This document shows, in pieces, positions 39,401 through 51,765 of a stretch of 64,000 bases of DNA. The position numbers and the translations under genes were made by a program. How positions within the stretch are numbered: position 1 is the first letter of the stretch; each line of letters opens with the position of its first letter. Source of the stretch: Leptogorgia sarmentosa (lineage: Eukaryota); assembly GCA_964658305.1 (NCBI GenBank), contig OZ210885.1, positions 24,118,001-24,182,000 of the forward strand, written 5' to 3'. The notes under the pieces are model-generated. The model saw only the letters and a program-made list of their open reading frames with translations. It did no database searches and was not told where the DNA came from.

Positions 39401-40724
39401 CTTATTGCATTCTGGAGTTCAGATATCAAATCCAGCTGCGCACCATCTTTCACACCCGGGGTTCGGATAATGTGGCACAAACTGTTGAGGTTGGTTTTGC
39501 ACTGCTTTACCAAGTAAGAGCGAGGGAGATTTTCACCACCATCTACCATTGTCAACTCGTGATAAGCCGCCTCACTTACACAAAAACTGTCCATGAGAAA
39601 TAGGACCTGCTGAACCTTCTCTTTTTCGTCTTCGGATAGATCCTTATATGGTGTTCCTCTGCCATCTTGATTCTGATAATCTATTTCATGAGACTTGCCA
39701 CTACCATCTTTAAATGTAACAGAGCTCAACTTCAGACCAAATGTTTGAGCAAACCACAGAGCTTGCTCAACATATGTCTTCAGTTCCCTTATTTTTCGTC
39801 GTTTTTGCCTATCTTTCAGTTCAACAATGGGTTTTCCACAGTTCTTGAATCCCTCCAGCTCTGTAAGTTTATCAAAATATTGCCACAAGTTGGCATTTTC
39901 ATTCAGGGGCCGGTTGTTCGTAGCCCGTTTAGCCTAAACGGTGGATAAGTCCAAAATATCAAACACGTCTATGTATTCATTGAACAATCAAAATAAAAAT
40001 TTTCAATCTGAAAATAACACTTGTGTACACAACTACATATTTAGGGTTTAAAATTCATGCTCAGTTATTCACAAGATGAATGGGAGTGTAATTTAAATTG
40101 GACTTATCCACCGTTTAAGCTAAACGGGCTACAAACAACCGGCCCCTGAAGTTTTTCTACTTCAGCATTTGCATCTGTCAAGGCTTCATCTGCCTGCTTA
40201 CTAAGTTTCTCTGCTTGAACTAAATGTTCATACAATTCTTCGGACCGTTCATGAATCTTTTTATTGTCTTCTTCTAGAGCTTTTTTCGCGGAACGTAGTT
40301 CATCAAGCTCGCGTTTTAATTCCCCTGCGGTCAAAAGTTCTCCATGACGAATGGAAATTCTTTTAGTTTGACTAGCAAATTTGACATAACTTCGGCCAAC
40401 TTTCCCCTTAAAATTGGCTTTAACCCTTGAGCAAACTTTCCTCAGGACCTCCTCTATTCTTTTTCAGTCTTTCTTGACTAGCACAGCGTGGTTTTCGGAC
40501 AGAAAACAGTTAAGAATATCAATATAGCTGAAGGGTAACAAGGTACCCTTTCCTTTATAGTCTCGCCAACTTTTCAATACTTCGTTGGTTGTATGAACTG
40601 TGAAAGCAACTTCTTCCGAACTCACACATTGCCTATTCACATAATTCAGACAATGATTTGAATCAACAACTACGTCAGCTTTAAACCTTTCAAAATTATA
40701 ATCTTGTTTAAAAATACCGGACAT
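36407..40724 (-). pseudogene. Multi-exon RAG1/Transib/Chapaev-like DDE transposase
   Basis: About 9 GT-AG exons encode GKPIVELKDRQKRRKIRELK, KISGDGA, VGGDYK|FLLLIMG..ATSDHSCIWC, LDELHLMLRI, VTPYMHAMVYHAP, GQG|IEKNND. Frameshift ~40464 and MITE insertion 39907-40145. Confidence 0.75.
39907..40145. mobile_element. PIF/Harbinger-type MITE, 239 bp
   Basis: CAG|GGGCCGGTTGT...ACAACCGGCCC|CTG. Removing it restores EKLQNENANLW. Confidence 0.85.
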
Positions 40725-41952
40725 ATTTTAATTTTAAATGAGCGCTTTCTCGCGCCAAAGCTACCGGAAGAAGGGTAAATTGAACCGGAAGTAAATATTG
40801 CAATGCCATTTACCGCTGATAGTATTGATCGTGTTTCCGATAAGCCAGCGCCGATCGCAGAACGGGAAACTACAGATAATGGTGAGTATTTTGATACCAA
40901 ATACATCGTATGAAGCTCGTTTAAAACGCTTAAAATTCGAACGCTTCGAATCTCGTCAAAATTTGCAGAGATGAATGTAATCGTGACTTTAATTAATGTC
41001 TATCCAAAAAGCAAATATCCTTCGATTTCAGAAGCTAAATGGAAAAGGTTGTATTCATAATTTACAAACTATATTATTCGAGCAGTTAGCAAAGATCTCC
41101 GCGTTTTGTACTCCATTTGAGCAAATCTCAATAAATGGACACATTTCCCAATATCTGACGAATAAATCTTGAAATGCGCTGCATTTTAATGTTTTATTAT
41201 GTGGATCGAAGGGCCAACAATGGTAAAACCAAACTTATAAAATGGAAAAGTAAGTCGACGTTTTTATGGCTATTTTTTTGGATTTAACTGTGCATATTTA
41301 GCACAAGAACAATATTCCATTTGAGCAAATAGAAAAGAGAAATTTGTTTTCTTTAGAATGCCGGGTTTTTGGATATTTCAATGCATTTATGTAGTAAAAT
41401 TGTTTACGTTACCACGCGCATCACCTTGCGCACTGCAGGCTCAATGTCTGTTAAAGTTGGCGATGATATGTTTGGTGTTATTAGGCAAACAAACGTGGAA
41501 TGAATGGTGGATTAATATCTGTTTGAATCAGAGTTCTTTCTTTGTTTCATATACTTGTTTATTTCCTGTGCATGTTTTGCTCTCTGCCAGCCTGTCCAAC
41601 CACGTAGTAATTCTTGTAAGCGGATAGCCTGCAATTGTTTACACTCTGGCAACCAGGGGCAAAACCAGCGTCGATACATGTAATTCATATATTTGTGTTC
41701 TGCCTGACAAATTTATTTGGCAACTGGCAACTAAGTGAATTGTATGCGTTGTGTACATGTTTTGGCTGTCAAAATATTTTGAAAGCCACCAGAAAGTTTG
41801 ATTATTATTGTGAGATCTACAGTGTATTGCTGAAAGCAAACTATTTGAAAGCAAACTAGCTAAAGTACCTAGGAATGTAAATACTTGAGAATTGAGCCAG
41901 GAGTAATGTGAGGGGCCTGTAAAAAAACTAATTGCACATTTTTTAGAGGGCA

Positions 41953-44141
41953 TTGCTATTACAAGAAAAGGTTATACTGCCTTGCAAGTCACATGCTCGA
42001 AATCCATCCTTATGCACTTCATCATCTTGTGAGAAGCTTGATCTTCCAGATAGTGTGGCTCGCAAAAGAAGGAAGCTAATGCTTGACAATGCAAAGGCTG
42101 TAAATTCCACAACTGCTGACAGTGATGCGTCTCAAAGCATGCACTAAATGGGCTATGGAACACTTTAATAACTACTGCTAATGCTCAGGAAATGACGTCT
42201 TTCATGAAAAAGTCCCCGAAAATAATGGAAAAGGTCATTCCAAGTATTGTTAATTCTGCTGTTCAACAGCATGAACGTAGCCAAAAAAATCTGATTCGGT
42301 CAGTGGGTGTGCTCTATGAAGGAGAAATATCAAGTAAGAAACAGTTCAACTGAAAGAGAAGCAGAGAAATATTTGAAATGGATGACAATGGGAAAAAGCA
42401 CCAGATAACATACATGCCTGCATGCAAAGTCCCAAAACTTGTTGATTACAAAAGAGTTATGGAGTTTGTGAATTCAGTCAATATTGGAGAATTGAAGGAA
42501 ATCCCGAGAGCAAGAAAGTCTAAATTTGACAAGAGAAAGTATCAACAAACAGAAGATGGCAAAACAGGTGACTTTCATCCACCTGTGGTAGGGTGTTACA
42601 GGGTTTTTGACTTGGTTTGGTCTTGAAAAGGGCTCTTTTCTGGTGGCATTAGGTGCAGATGGGGCCCCTTTTGGTAAACACAATGAAGCTACCTCCTGAC
42701 TTTTATCTTTCCTTAATGTTGGAGAAAGAGTAGCAAGTTGTGATGAAAATCATTCAATCTTCTGTGCAAATTGCCCTGAAGGACACCCATCAGTTATAGA
42801 ATATGGCAAGCAGTTAAGGAAACATATCGAAAAGATTAAAAAAAGCTCATATGTAATTGAGAACCAGAGGGTCACATTCGCATTTGAATTGCTGCCAGCT
42901 GACATGAAGTGGTTAGCGTTTATATCAAGAGAGCTTCCCAATTCTGCTAAATATTTTTCATCATTTGCAGATGTATCAGCAGATAATATTCAGGTTATGG
43001 GTGCTACTTGTGGTAGGGCAAGTTATTATTTCAAACCTTGGAATTACAACAACCGGGTGAAAGTTGCTCAAAAGGTTGAAGCATTTAAACGTAAGCTATT
43101 AAGCCAAAGCAATTATCAGCTCGGACCAAGGTTACCGAGTTCATTTCTAGTCAGAAATCCCGGCAAGAATTTGAGCCCATCTTAGGCCATTTTGTAGACA
43201 AAGCTCTAGCTGAACCTCTGCATTTGGCCAATATTAATTGGCAATTTTTGTTCACTGGATTATTTACCTTTGTCTTGCATTCAAAAACAAAGATACCAAG
43301 TAGTACTGTATATGTCTCAGATTTACCAGACAACTGCATGCTTAGGAAATTCCTCTTATGTTTGAAAAAGGAAGTCAAAGCTAACAGGCTATATAATTCC
43401 ATATTAAGGTGGTTTTGTGAGGGCCGTAAGAGTGGTTCCCCCTTTAAGATGAGTGTTACCGGGGAGGAAACCAGATTAATGTGTAATGGGTTCTACAAAC
43501 TGGTAAAATGCATTCTCGAGAATGACTCAAACGCAAATCCAATGCCAAGTGATTCAGACAAGTGAAATCTCATAGTTTATGCCCTAGCATTTATGGCAAT
43601 AAATTTAAGGGGTGCTGTAGCCATATTTTCACGCATTACAGACATGAATAAGGATCTCTTAACTGAGCTTGAAATATGTTGCACAAACTATTTTAAGGCA
43701 GCATCGTTATTCCTGAGAGTAACACTAAGTGTTTGGACTTTAGGGTACATTGTCCCAGTTCACACTAAGCAGGTTGTTGGGAAGTATGGTGTGAGCTTAG
43801 GAATAAACACAATGCAAGGTCGTGAAGCTAAACACCAACGATTGGCACAGTATGCCAAGAATACCACATTTAAGAATAGGTGGCACCAAATTTTTCGTCA
43901 TGAGTATATGTGCTTAATATGGCTTAGGCAACAAAATCCTTATCGAGATGATTATTGTAAGACCAACTTTAAATATGTACCTATTCAATGTGGTACTGAT
44001 AATTTTTGTCATTGTGGTTTGGCAAAAAGTAGCATGACAGCAAAATATAAAATTTGCATAACTGCTATTATGAAAGATATAAGTTTGAGTGTTAAAAGTA
44101 GAAAGGTTTGTGCAAGTTTGAAGTCATCAAACAAGAGATGA
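41953..44141 (+). pseudogene. Second Transib/RAG1-related DDE transposase, intronless and decayed
   Basis: LGADGAPFG, PADMKWL, EPLHL, WTLGY.VPVH..YG..LGINTMQGREAKH; multiple stops and frameshifts. Confidence 0.55.
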
Positions 44142-44619
44142 GTATTGACCTTTGTAATTGTTATAATATTTGACAATTGTCAGTTTTTGGATACATTATA
44201 AATTTGAAAGTTGAATTATTTATTTATTGAATAAGTTATTTAAAACTTTTTACTGTATTTAATACACTGTTAAATAAAGATTTTTTAAGCAACTGTGTGT
44301 TTTGTTATTACTGCAGTTTATACAAACAGCTCTTCAAATGCAACACCTTCCTTGCCCTGGCAACGTCACAAAAAGGATAAAATCCAATTTGCGACAAGTT
44401 TACAAGCGAAATGTCGCCTTGGTATCAAAATAATATGAAAAGTTACACTGTGTTCATATGAGACAAAAAGTTTTCCAGTGTACCAAGACCTCACTTGTTG
44501 ACAGAGTTGCTCAGGCGAGATCTAGGTGACCGGGATAATGTTTTCCCCTATAAACACAACTTTCCCCTTAGCGGGATAACTTTCTGTTGTGTCAACGCGT
44601 CTATCCTGGTTTATATTAA

Positions 44620-46310
44620 AGTGCTACTGAAACGAAATTTTCGACCCCTTTTTTTTTTCGCTTTAAACAATATTTAGGATTTTAGATGAATTTTGATATA
44701 TAAATGAGCACTGTACGTTGACTGCAAGATGACTAATTTTGCCCTCAAAGTGCGAGTTCGCATCCGAACTTTTTGATCCGCCATATTGGCGTGTGTGACG
44801 TCATAAGATCAACACGTCTCGAAGCTTTCTCTATAGATTCTATTGCGCTTGCGGTATTGTCCGTGATCTTTTCTCGATTTTTTTCGGAATGTAAAAGTTT
44901 TCTAAACTTAAGATAAAAGTTATATAATTGTAAGAATATACAGAGCAAAAATGTCCAGTAATGAGCGGAATAGCAGTGTCGGCTCACCAGAAAACGGCAA
45001 AACACTTCGTCGGATTTAGATGGTGGTAAAAGCACATCTGGGTCTTTTTGCACGTAGCATCGCACAAGTATTTCTAAGATGACAAACCTTTGCAAGAACC
45101 AGGGGGAAATATAAAAGTTGTAGAAGATCCTGATGGTATATTGCTGTGAACATTGGAAGCTAGAAGTGACGGCACAGTCACTATTGAACAGTGGTACGTT
45201 CTGCTTATTTGCGTTGTTTATGCTAATGTAATATGCTAAATACTCCAACATGAGAAGCAGATTATTTATTGCGCATTTGTCTCAGTCTTCTAAGGATAGT
45301 TTGAACTCAGTAATATTCTTTTTGTTACTGGAACAGGCCCAAGACTAAAGCTTTATTGGATGATTCATAACTCATATTATATACATATCACATACCAATT
45401 TCATGGATATACATAATAGATATCACATACCAATTGTGCATGAAAATTCTGTACACTAACTCTAACATTTTTTTAGATATTTAAGAGCTGTTGCCTACAC
45501 ATGTGGATGAATAAAGTGGATGTGTGGCCGGCTGGGATGGGACAACACAAGACCACTTCCAGCCTGTGTTTATAATTTTATCAAGAATAAATATCAAATA
45601 GTGGACAATAAAAAGGGTTATATCCGAGCTCAACAGAGGCAATAATAGTCAATTCAAGTCTTGGCTATATAATTGCATTGCTGAAATTCTGCAAAATGCT
45701 TGATTGTGCATGCCGAGCTGTTTGATGTTTCTCCTTGTGATATACATTTTGCCAAAATTAGTTTTAGAAACCTGAATTGTTACCAGTGTTAAAGATTTGA
45801 TGTACATGCACTCATTCATTATCACTACATCTTTATTTATCTAAACATTACATGTGGCATGCAGCAGAATAACTTCAGATTGTTTGCATACACTTACACT
45901 GCAAATGTATGAACATAAATTATCACTAGTTATTTCCAGCAATGTTTATACAGGGTGTCTCAAAAAAAAGGTAATCGAACTTTGGCATGCCATTGTGCGT
46001 TAATTACTGGGTGTACGAACGTGATTTTTGCATGGTCATAAAGATCAAGGTCTTAGCAGTTGAATGACATATTTCTTGTACGATGGAAGAAAATAAGGCA
46101 AATGCGAGCGTGTTGAAAAATCTCGGTGAAAAATCTCGGCAGGCAGGACAAAGCACTAGCCTGTAGTGGCACTAAAGTCTGGCCGATGTTTGAGGACGGA
46201 ATTTTCGGCTCTGTGCATCTGTTTCTGCGTTAGGAAACAGATACATGAATATACCTTCTGTGTGTTGATTATTGCCGCAGTTAACTAAGCTAGGACCGCC
46301 AGCAACACAA
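44620..46310. mobile_element. Kolobok remnant (KolX-like exon on +, THAP N-terminus on -)
   Basis: TTAA|AG end at 44616-44621. 45481-45620 (+) LRAVAY...W..GRLG..TRPLPACVYNFI. 46200-46310 (-) CVAGGP..NC.N....EGIFMYLFP. Confidence 0.6.
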
Positions 46311-47496
46311 TAGCCTGCACGCAGGCTCTCCTGGGGGGTTGGGGAGAGCACGGGGAGAAGCGAGGAGGGAGGGGAAGGAGAGCCTGCCACAATCCTAGAC
46401 CGATTCGAATATTCGCGGCCGTGGGTGGCTGCGTTTTGCTATTGGTCGAAATTGTAGATTGATTGATCACATGTCAACAATCCCGAAGGGAAAGCCATCG
46501 ACTGATCGAGATCATGGCATCTTGTTTCGAAGCGAACTTCGAGATCACAGAATCGAATATGCCTCTAAAAGATGAACAACGAAAAGGTATTGAGCAACTT
46601 CTGCTTGGGAAAGATGTTTTAGCAGTTCTTCCCACAGGCTTTGGGAAAAGTCGAATTTACCAAGGGTTTACAACCGCGAAATGCATGCCGGGAAACATGT
46701 GGCCAGAGTTTAACCTTGGTTATATCGCCATTGAAAAGTATTGTGACAGATCAACTCAACGAGCTAAAAGTGCTTGGATATACCGCAGCAAACCTTTCAG
46801 AACTGTCGCCAGGTGAACTGAACGAGTGTTCCTTCAATATTCTTTTAAGTTCTGCTGAAGAGGCAACATCAGTCGAGTTTCAAAATCAATTGAAGAATGC
46901 TACATCACAACTTCGGAAAAAGGTAAGCTTCTCATTAAGTGTTATATTGAATACAATATGTTTAACCTATAGTGCTTTACTTTAGCAAAAATCTGACGAT
47001 AAGCAGTAGCACTGAGTGATCTGTGCTGAAAACAGAAAATGACACCACTGTAGTGTATGTAAAAATTATAAAATACAAACTAAATTGGATAAATTATATT
47101 TATCTAGAAATCGTCACAAAGGCAAAGGCAAAAGAACCAGACACCAACAAAACTCTCCATTTCGGGCTTCCTATGGAAAACTGTCGATAATCTGTTCTCT
47201 TTGTAAGCAAGGTAAATACCAAATTTCGGATGTTATTGGTAATGATGTCAATACCATTTAACCTACCATGCAAGCAGACTGAGCCTGATTTGATTTTATA
47301 TTAGTTTTATTTTATTTCATTAAAGGTGTACCTGTTCTCGCTCTCACTGGAACAGCTGACAAACAAACTCAAAAGGTCATAGCTGAAGAATTATTAATGG
47401 ATAAACCTGTCACCATATTTATTAGTAGCCTGCTCGCAGCCCCCGCCCGGAAAATAAAAACAGGAGTCTGCTAAACTGAGAAGGGAATCGTGTTCC

Positions 47497-49331
47497 GTGA
47501 CGTACGCACTTATGCATGATTTGCTGAATCTACGACCGAAAGGTACAAGCATAATCGTGATTATTTCTCCTTTAAAATCATTGATGGAGGAGCAATCAGC
47601 ATACCTCAATAGCTTGGGAATATCTGCTATTTGTATCACGGATGAAGTCACTGGTTATGCGATACAAGATGTAATTCAAGGCAAATATTCACACGTTTAT
47701 GCTTCACCAGAGTGTCTTCTGGCAACATCTACGTGGAGAGGTGTATTTTTGTCAAAAGTATTTTTGGAAAATCTAGTTGGGATAGCTATTGATGAAGCCC
47801 ATTGTATCAGCCAGTGGTAAGTAGCCTGTATATCGCTATAATTCACATCAAATTACATTAGTATTTGTTCACATATTGATACTGTAAATATACTACATAG
47901 ATACATATATCATTTACTCTTCTATCTTCACTATTCAGGGTACTGTCATCTGATGGGCAAGGAAAACAAACTATTCCATTTAGAAAATGGTATGGCAACC
48001 TCAGTGAATTGGTGTCTCTGGTTCCATCAAATGTAAAGTTTGTTATATTAACAGCTACAGCCACACGATCGACAACTGATTGCATTTTTGACAGTCTACG
48101 TATACCAATAAAGAATGTACATACTGTTAAAAGAAGTCCAAACCGTAACAACTTGAGATACAGCTTGCAGTATGTTGATAACAATATGCCACTTGAGATT
48201 GTTTTTGGAGCATTATTAGAAGTGCTTCACAAACAAGATGCAACTGAACGGACACTTATCTACTGCCAGACCCGTAAGCATTGTGGATTAATATTTCGTT
48301 TATTTGAAATTCAACTTGGCAACAACCTGTACAATGGCACCACCAGACCCCAAAATAGACTTGTGGAAATGTATCATGCTGGTACACCTGACCAAGTGAA
48401 GAAGCATGTGATTGAAAATCTGAGCAAAGAATGTGGTCATATTCGTGTGCTAATATCAACAATAGCATTTGGCATGGGTGTCGATTGTAAAAGTATTCGA
48501 CGAGTTATACACTTTGGGCCCTCAAAGAACTTTGAAAGCTATGTGCAAGAGAGCGGACGTGCAGGCAGAGATGGCAAACCAAGTAGTTGTATAATCCTGT
48601 ACAATGGTTTGTTGTCCAGGCATTGTACGACACAAATGAAGAAATTCATCACTAATGACAAACCCATCTGCTTGAGGCAGACAATATTTTCAGACTTTGA
48701 TATCAAGTGTGATGAACTTGACATACTGCATGAATGCTGTGATATTTGTGCTGAAAAATGTAAGTGCATGAGCAATGACTGCAGTAAGGTGGCAAAAGTT
48801 AGTAGTGACGAGGAAGCAGATGATACTACATTGTGTGAATCCTCCATGCGCACAAGATCTGTATCATCAGAACAGAAGAGTAAATTAAAAGCTCATTTGT
48901 TGTCATATAAAAAAGAGTTAATTGATAGTGAAACCCAGAATATGACTTCAACTGTTGGTGTCCCAAATGTTTTTCTGGAATTTGGTGGGTTTCAAATTAA
49001 CCAAGTTCTTCAAACATGCCATAAACTTTTTACCCTTGAAGATGTGGTAACTAATGTGGAGATCTGGAGAACACAACATGCCTTTGGTATTTTGTCTGGT
49101 ATTGCTCAAATTTTTGAAGACATTGATGTTGACACTGGTCCCTCTACCAATTATGATGAGATTAATTTAGAAATGGAGTGGGAAGAGGTGAGAGATGATC
49201 CTAGTTTTCAGAGTTTTATGGACAGCCAGGATTCATTGGGGTTTTGGGAGACAGGTACTTCAATGGAGTCACATGCTCCTATGGATAATAGCAAGTTTTT
49301 TGAGGATTTTGCAATAATAGACGATAATTAA
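47497..49331 (+). CDS. Inner AcademH RecQ-like helicase (intron ~47817-47938; Walker A apparently deleted)
   Basis: [43 protein letters not shown]. Confidence 0.88.
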
Positions 49332-50959
49332 AAATACAACTATAGTTCCTGGACGGAACACACATTAAATACAGCAAATACATGAAGGAACACATTATAG
49401 CCTTGAAGTATCAATAAAAATAAAAAACATCTGGTTCACTACTCATGAGTGTAAGTACAGTAGTGTTTATGATACAAGTATAATTGTGGAAAATTTGTAT
49501 TGCCTTCTAATGTACAGTAATATAATATTGAATGCCATAATTTAGTATTAATATAATATTGAATGCCATAATTTTCTACTAGAAAACATATACACATATG
49601 AGGTACATATTAATCAACATAAATAAAATAATGTATATACATCTATTGTTTATTAACAGACTTTGCTTATCTTGCCTTTCTGTGCAAGATCATATATTTT
49701 TTGTGATCATTGATCCATGTGTAAAACTTTTGCAGGTCAAAGTCATGCAATAATGTTGGCTTGAAATTTGAGAAATAGCCATAACTTCTGCCAGGTGTTT
49801 TTGTTAAAGCATCTTGTGACACAAGTTGTTTGATAATCTTTGCCATGTCTGCCTTCTCCGACCTGCGGGTGTGTTTACCAGAGCGCTTGTACAGCAACAT
49901 TGAACTGTCAAACTTTTCTGTTAGTTGTTTCGTCACACCCATAGCATGACAAATCCTATTAATAGACCTTGTATTGGCATTAGGACCAAGTTTCTTGACA
50001 ACATCTTTAAAAATTCTGTTTAAAAACTCAAGTACCAGATCCAGAGGAATATTACCACCCTGCTTTTGTTTTCGCTTTGAAAATCTGTTCCAAACTAGAT
50101 CATGTCAGCTTTGGGAGCTAGAAGGGCATATATCTGGAACATCATGTAGAGAGCCTCAAGAGCATACTTGTTGCTGCTTTTTCCATCATGGTGGAAATAT
50201 AAAAGAAGAAATTTCCAGTTCCTAATGACTCTGGAACCATCTCCTTCTGAGATGGCATCAAAAAAATTTTAAATTACCATGCCATACTCCATCAAGGCTT
50301 TCTGATAATTGTACATATCATCTGATGTGACTTCTTCATGAATTTCAGTTAGGAGTGGCTGCTCTTGTATGTTCACTGGAGGATCATGAGATTGCTCATG
50401 TATTTTCCATCAGATGCAAATGTCTTTTTACAGCCAGGGAACCGACACTTGTATCTGCCACTTGGTAACTTATCATTCAGCCTCTGCAATTGCTTTTCTT
50501 CTAGCTGACTGACAGCAGTGGCAATCTTCTTGTGCTTAGCTTTATCAAGGACATATTTGTCGATTATCGTTGCTGACAACTCATCCAGGAATTCTTTCTT
50601 CCTCACTGTGGTCCAGCTCTCTATTTCCTCTGGTACACACTGTGATGTCTCTCCCAATTCTTCAAGCCCAAGCTCCTTCATCCCAGCTGCAACAATGCGT
50701 GCCTCTACCTCTAGAATGAAAAAGCGTCTACAAGGATTGATTGCAGAATCGACATCACACTTGACACTACGCCGGTTTATCAAGTTTCTGTCATTGTACA
50801 AAGTACACTTATCTCCTGCTGATGCTGGGTTATAGAAGTGGGAAAATGCAACCTACATACAAAAGAAGATGGATAAAAATAAATGAATATTCCAATTAAT
50901 TGTAGGATTATCAAATGCAATAGGGAATATTTACCTACTTAAAATTATAAAGTAGAAAT

Positions 50960-50998
<39 letters not shown>

Positions 50999-51000
<2 letters not shown>

Positions 51001-51765
51001 AAGTAGGGTATGTAACAGAGTCACACAATTGGCAAATGGTTTGAGAGCGCTCAATAATAAGCTCCACAAAATTTTTAACCGCCATACCGTTCGTGTTAGT
51101 TACAGCTGTCTCCAAAACATGGAAAACTTTATTAGCAAGCACAACAACAAAATACTCAACCAACACAACAAACAAACACCTTCTCCAAACAACACAACAG
51201 GCAACACACAACACAACAACGCTCGACATTGCAACTGCAGACAACGTGACGCATGCCCGGTCGAAGGCAAATGCCTCTCAGAAAGCGTGATATATCAAGC
51301 CGACGTTTCTACAGCTGACAACAATGAAACCAAATCATATATCGGAATAACCGGCGGGAAATTCAAGTGTCGTTACCGAAACCACATCAAGTCCATCAAT
51401 CACAAGAAGTACGCACACAACACCGAGCTATCTAAGCACGTGTGGAAACTCAAGGAAGCAAAGCGCGCTTTTTCCATCAAATGGTCTCTGATCAAGAAAG
51501 TCCCCGTTTACAGAGCTGGCGCAAGAGGATGCCGCCTATGTTTAGAGGAAAAACTCTGTATACTTAAGAACAGAAACAACAATTTATTGAACAAACGCAC
51601 AGAACTTTTTAGCAAATGCCGACATGTAACACGATACCTCATAAGCAACTATACAACGCCAATGTAAATAGAGTATATTTAGGTCAGACCTGTCAGTTGC
51701 CTGATGATCGCGTTTCCGTGTGAAACTCTGAGTAGCGACAGCTAATTTTACCTTTAATAAATAAT
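50999..51765 (+). mobile_element. Penelope-like element 3' fragment (GIY-YIG) within a (TA)n tract
   Basis: ORF 51029-51667 VIYQA..SYIG.T..FK.RY.NH..C.LCLEEK; flanked on both sides by TA microsatellite. Confidence 0.88.
51690..51741 (+). ncRNA. Type I minimal hammerhead ribozyme
   Basis: CTGTC..GC CTGATGA T CGCG-TTTC-CGTG T GAAA CTC-T-GAG TA GC GACAG. Confidence 0.75.

Noticed and set aside
40887..40900. 14-bp inverted match to 44419-44432 as TIRs of the second Transib-like element
   Set aside because: AT-rich, lacks a CAC terminus and has no TSD.
27247..44452. One composite element bounded by CACGGTG and CACTGTG
   Set aside because: Flanks do not match (TAACA vs TTCAT) and there is no TIR similarity beyond the heptamer.
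45951..46163. Complete mariner-type MITE
   Set aside because: Left TA|CAGGGTGTC end present but no convincing matching right TIR.
47004..47013. Kolobok right terminus (CAGTAGCACT)
   Set aside because: Not followed by TTAA and lies inside the AcademH; probably chance.
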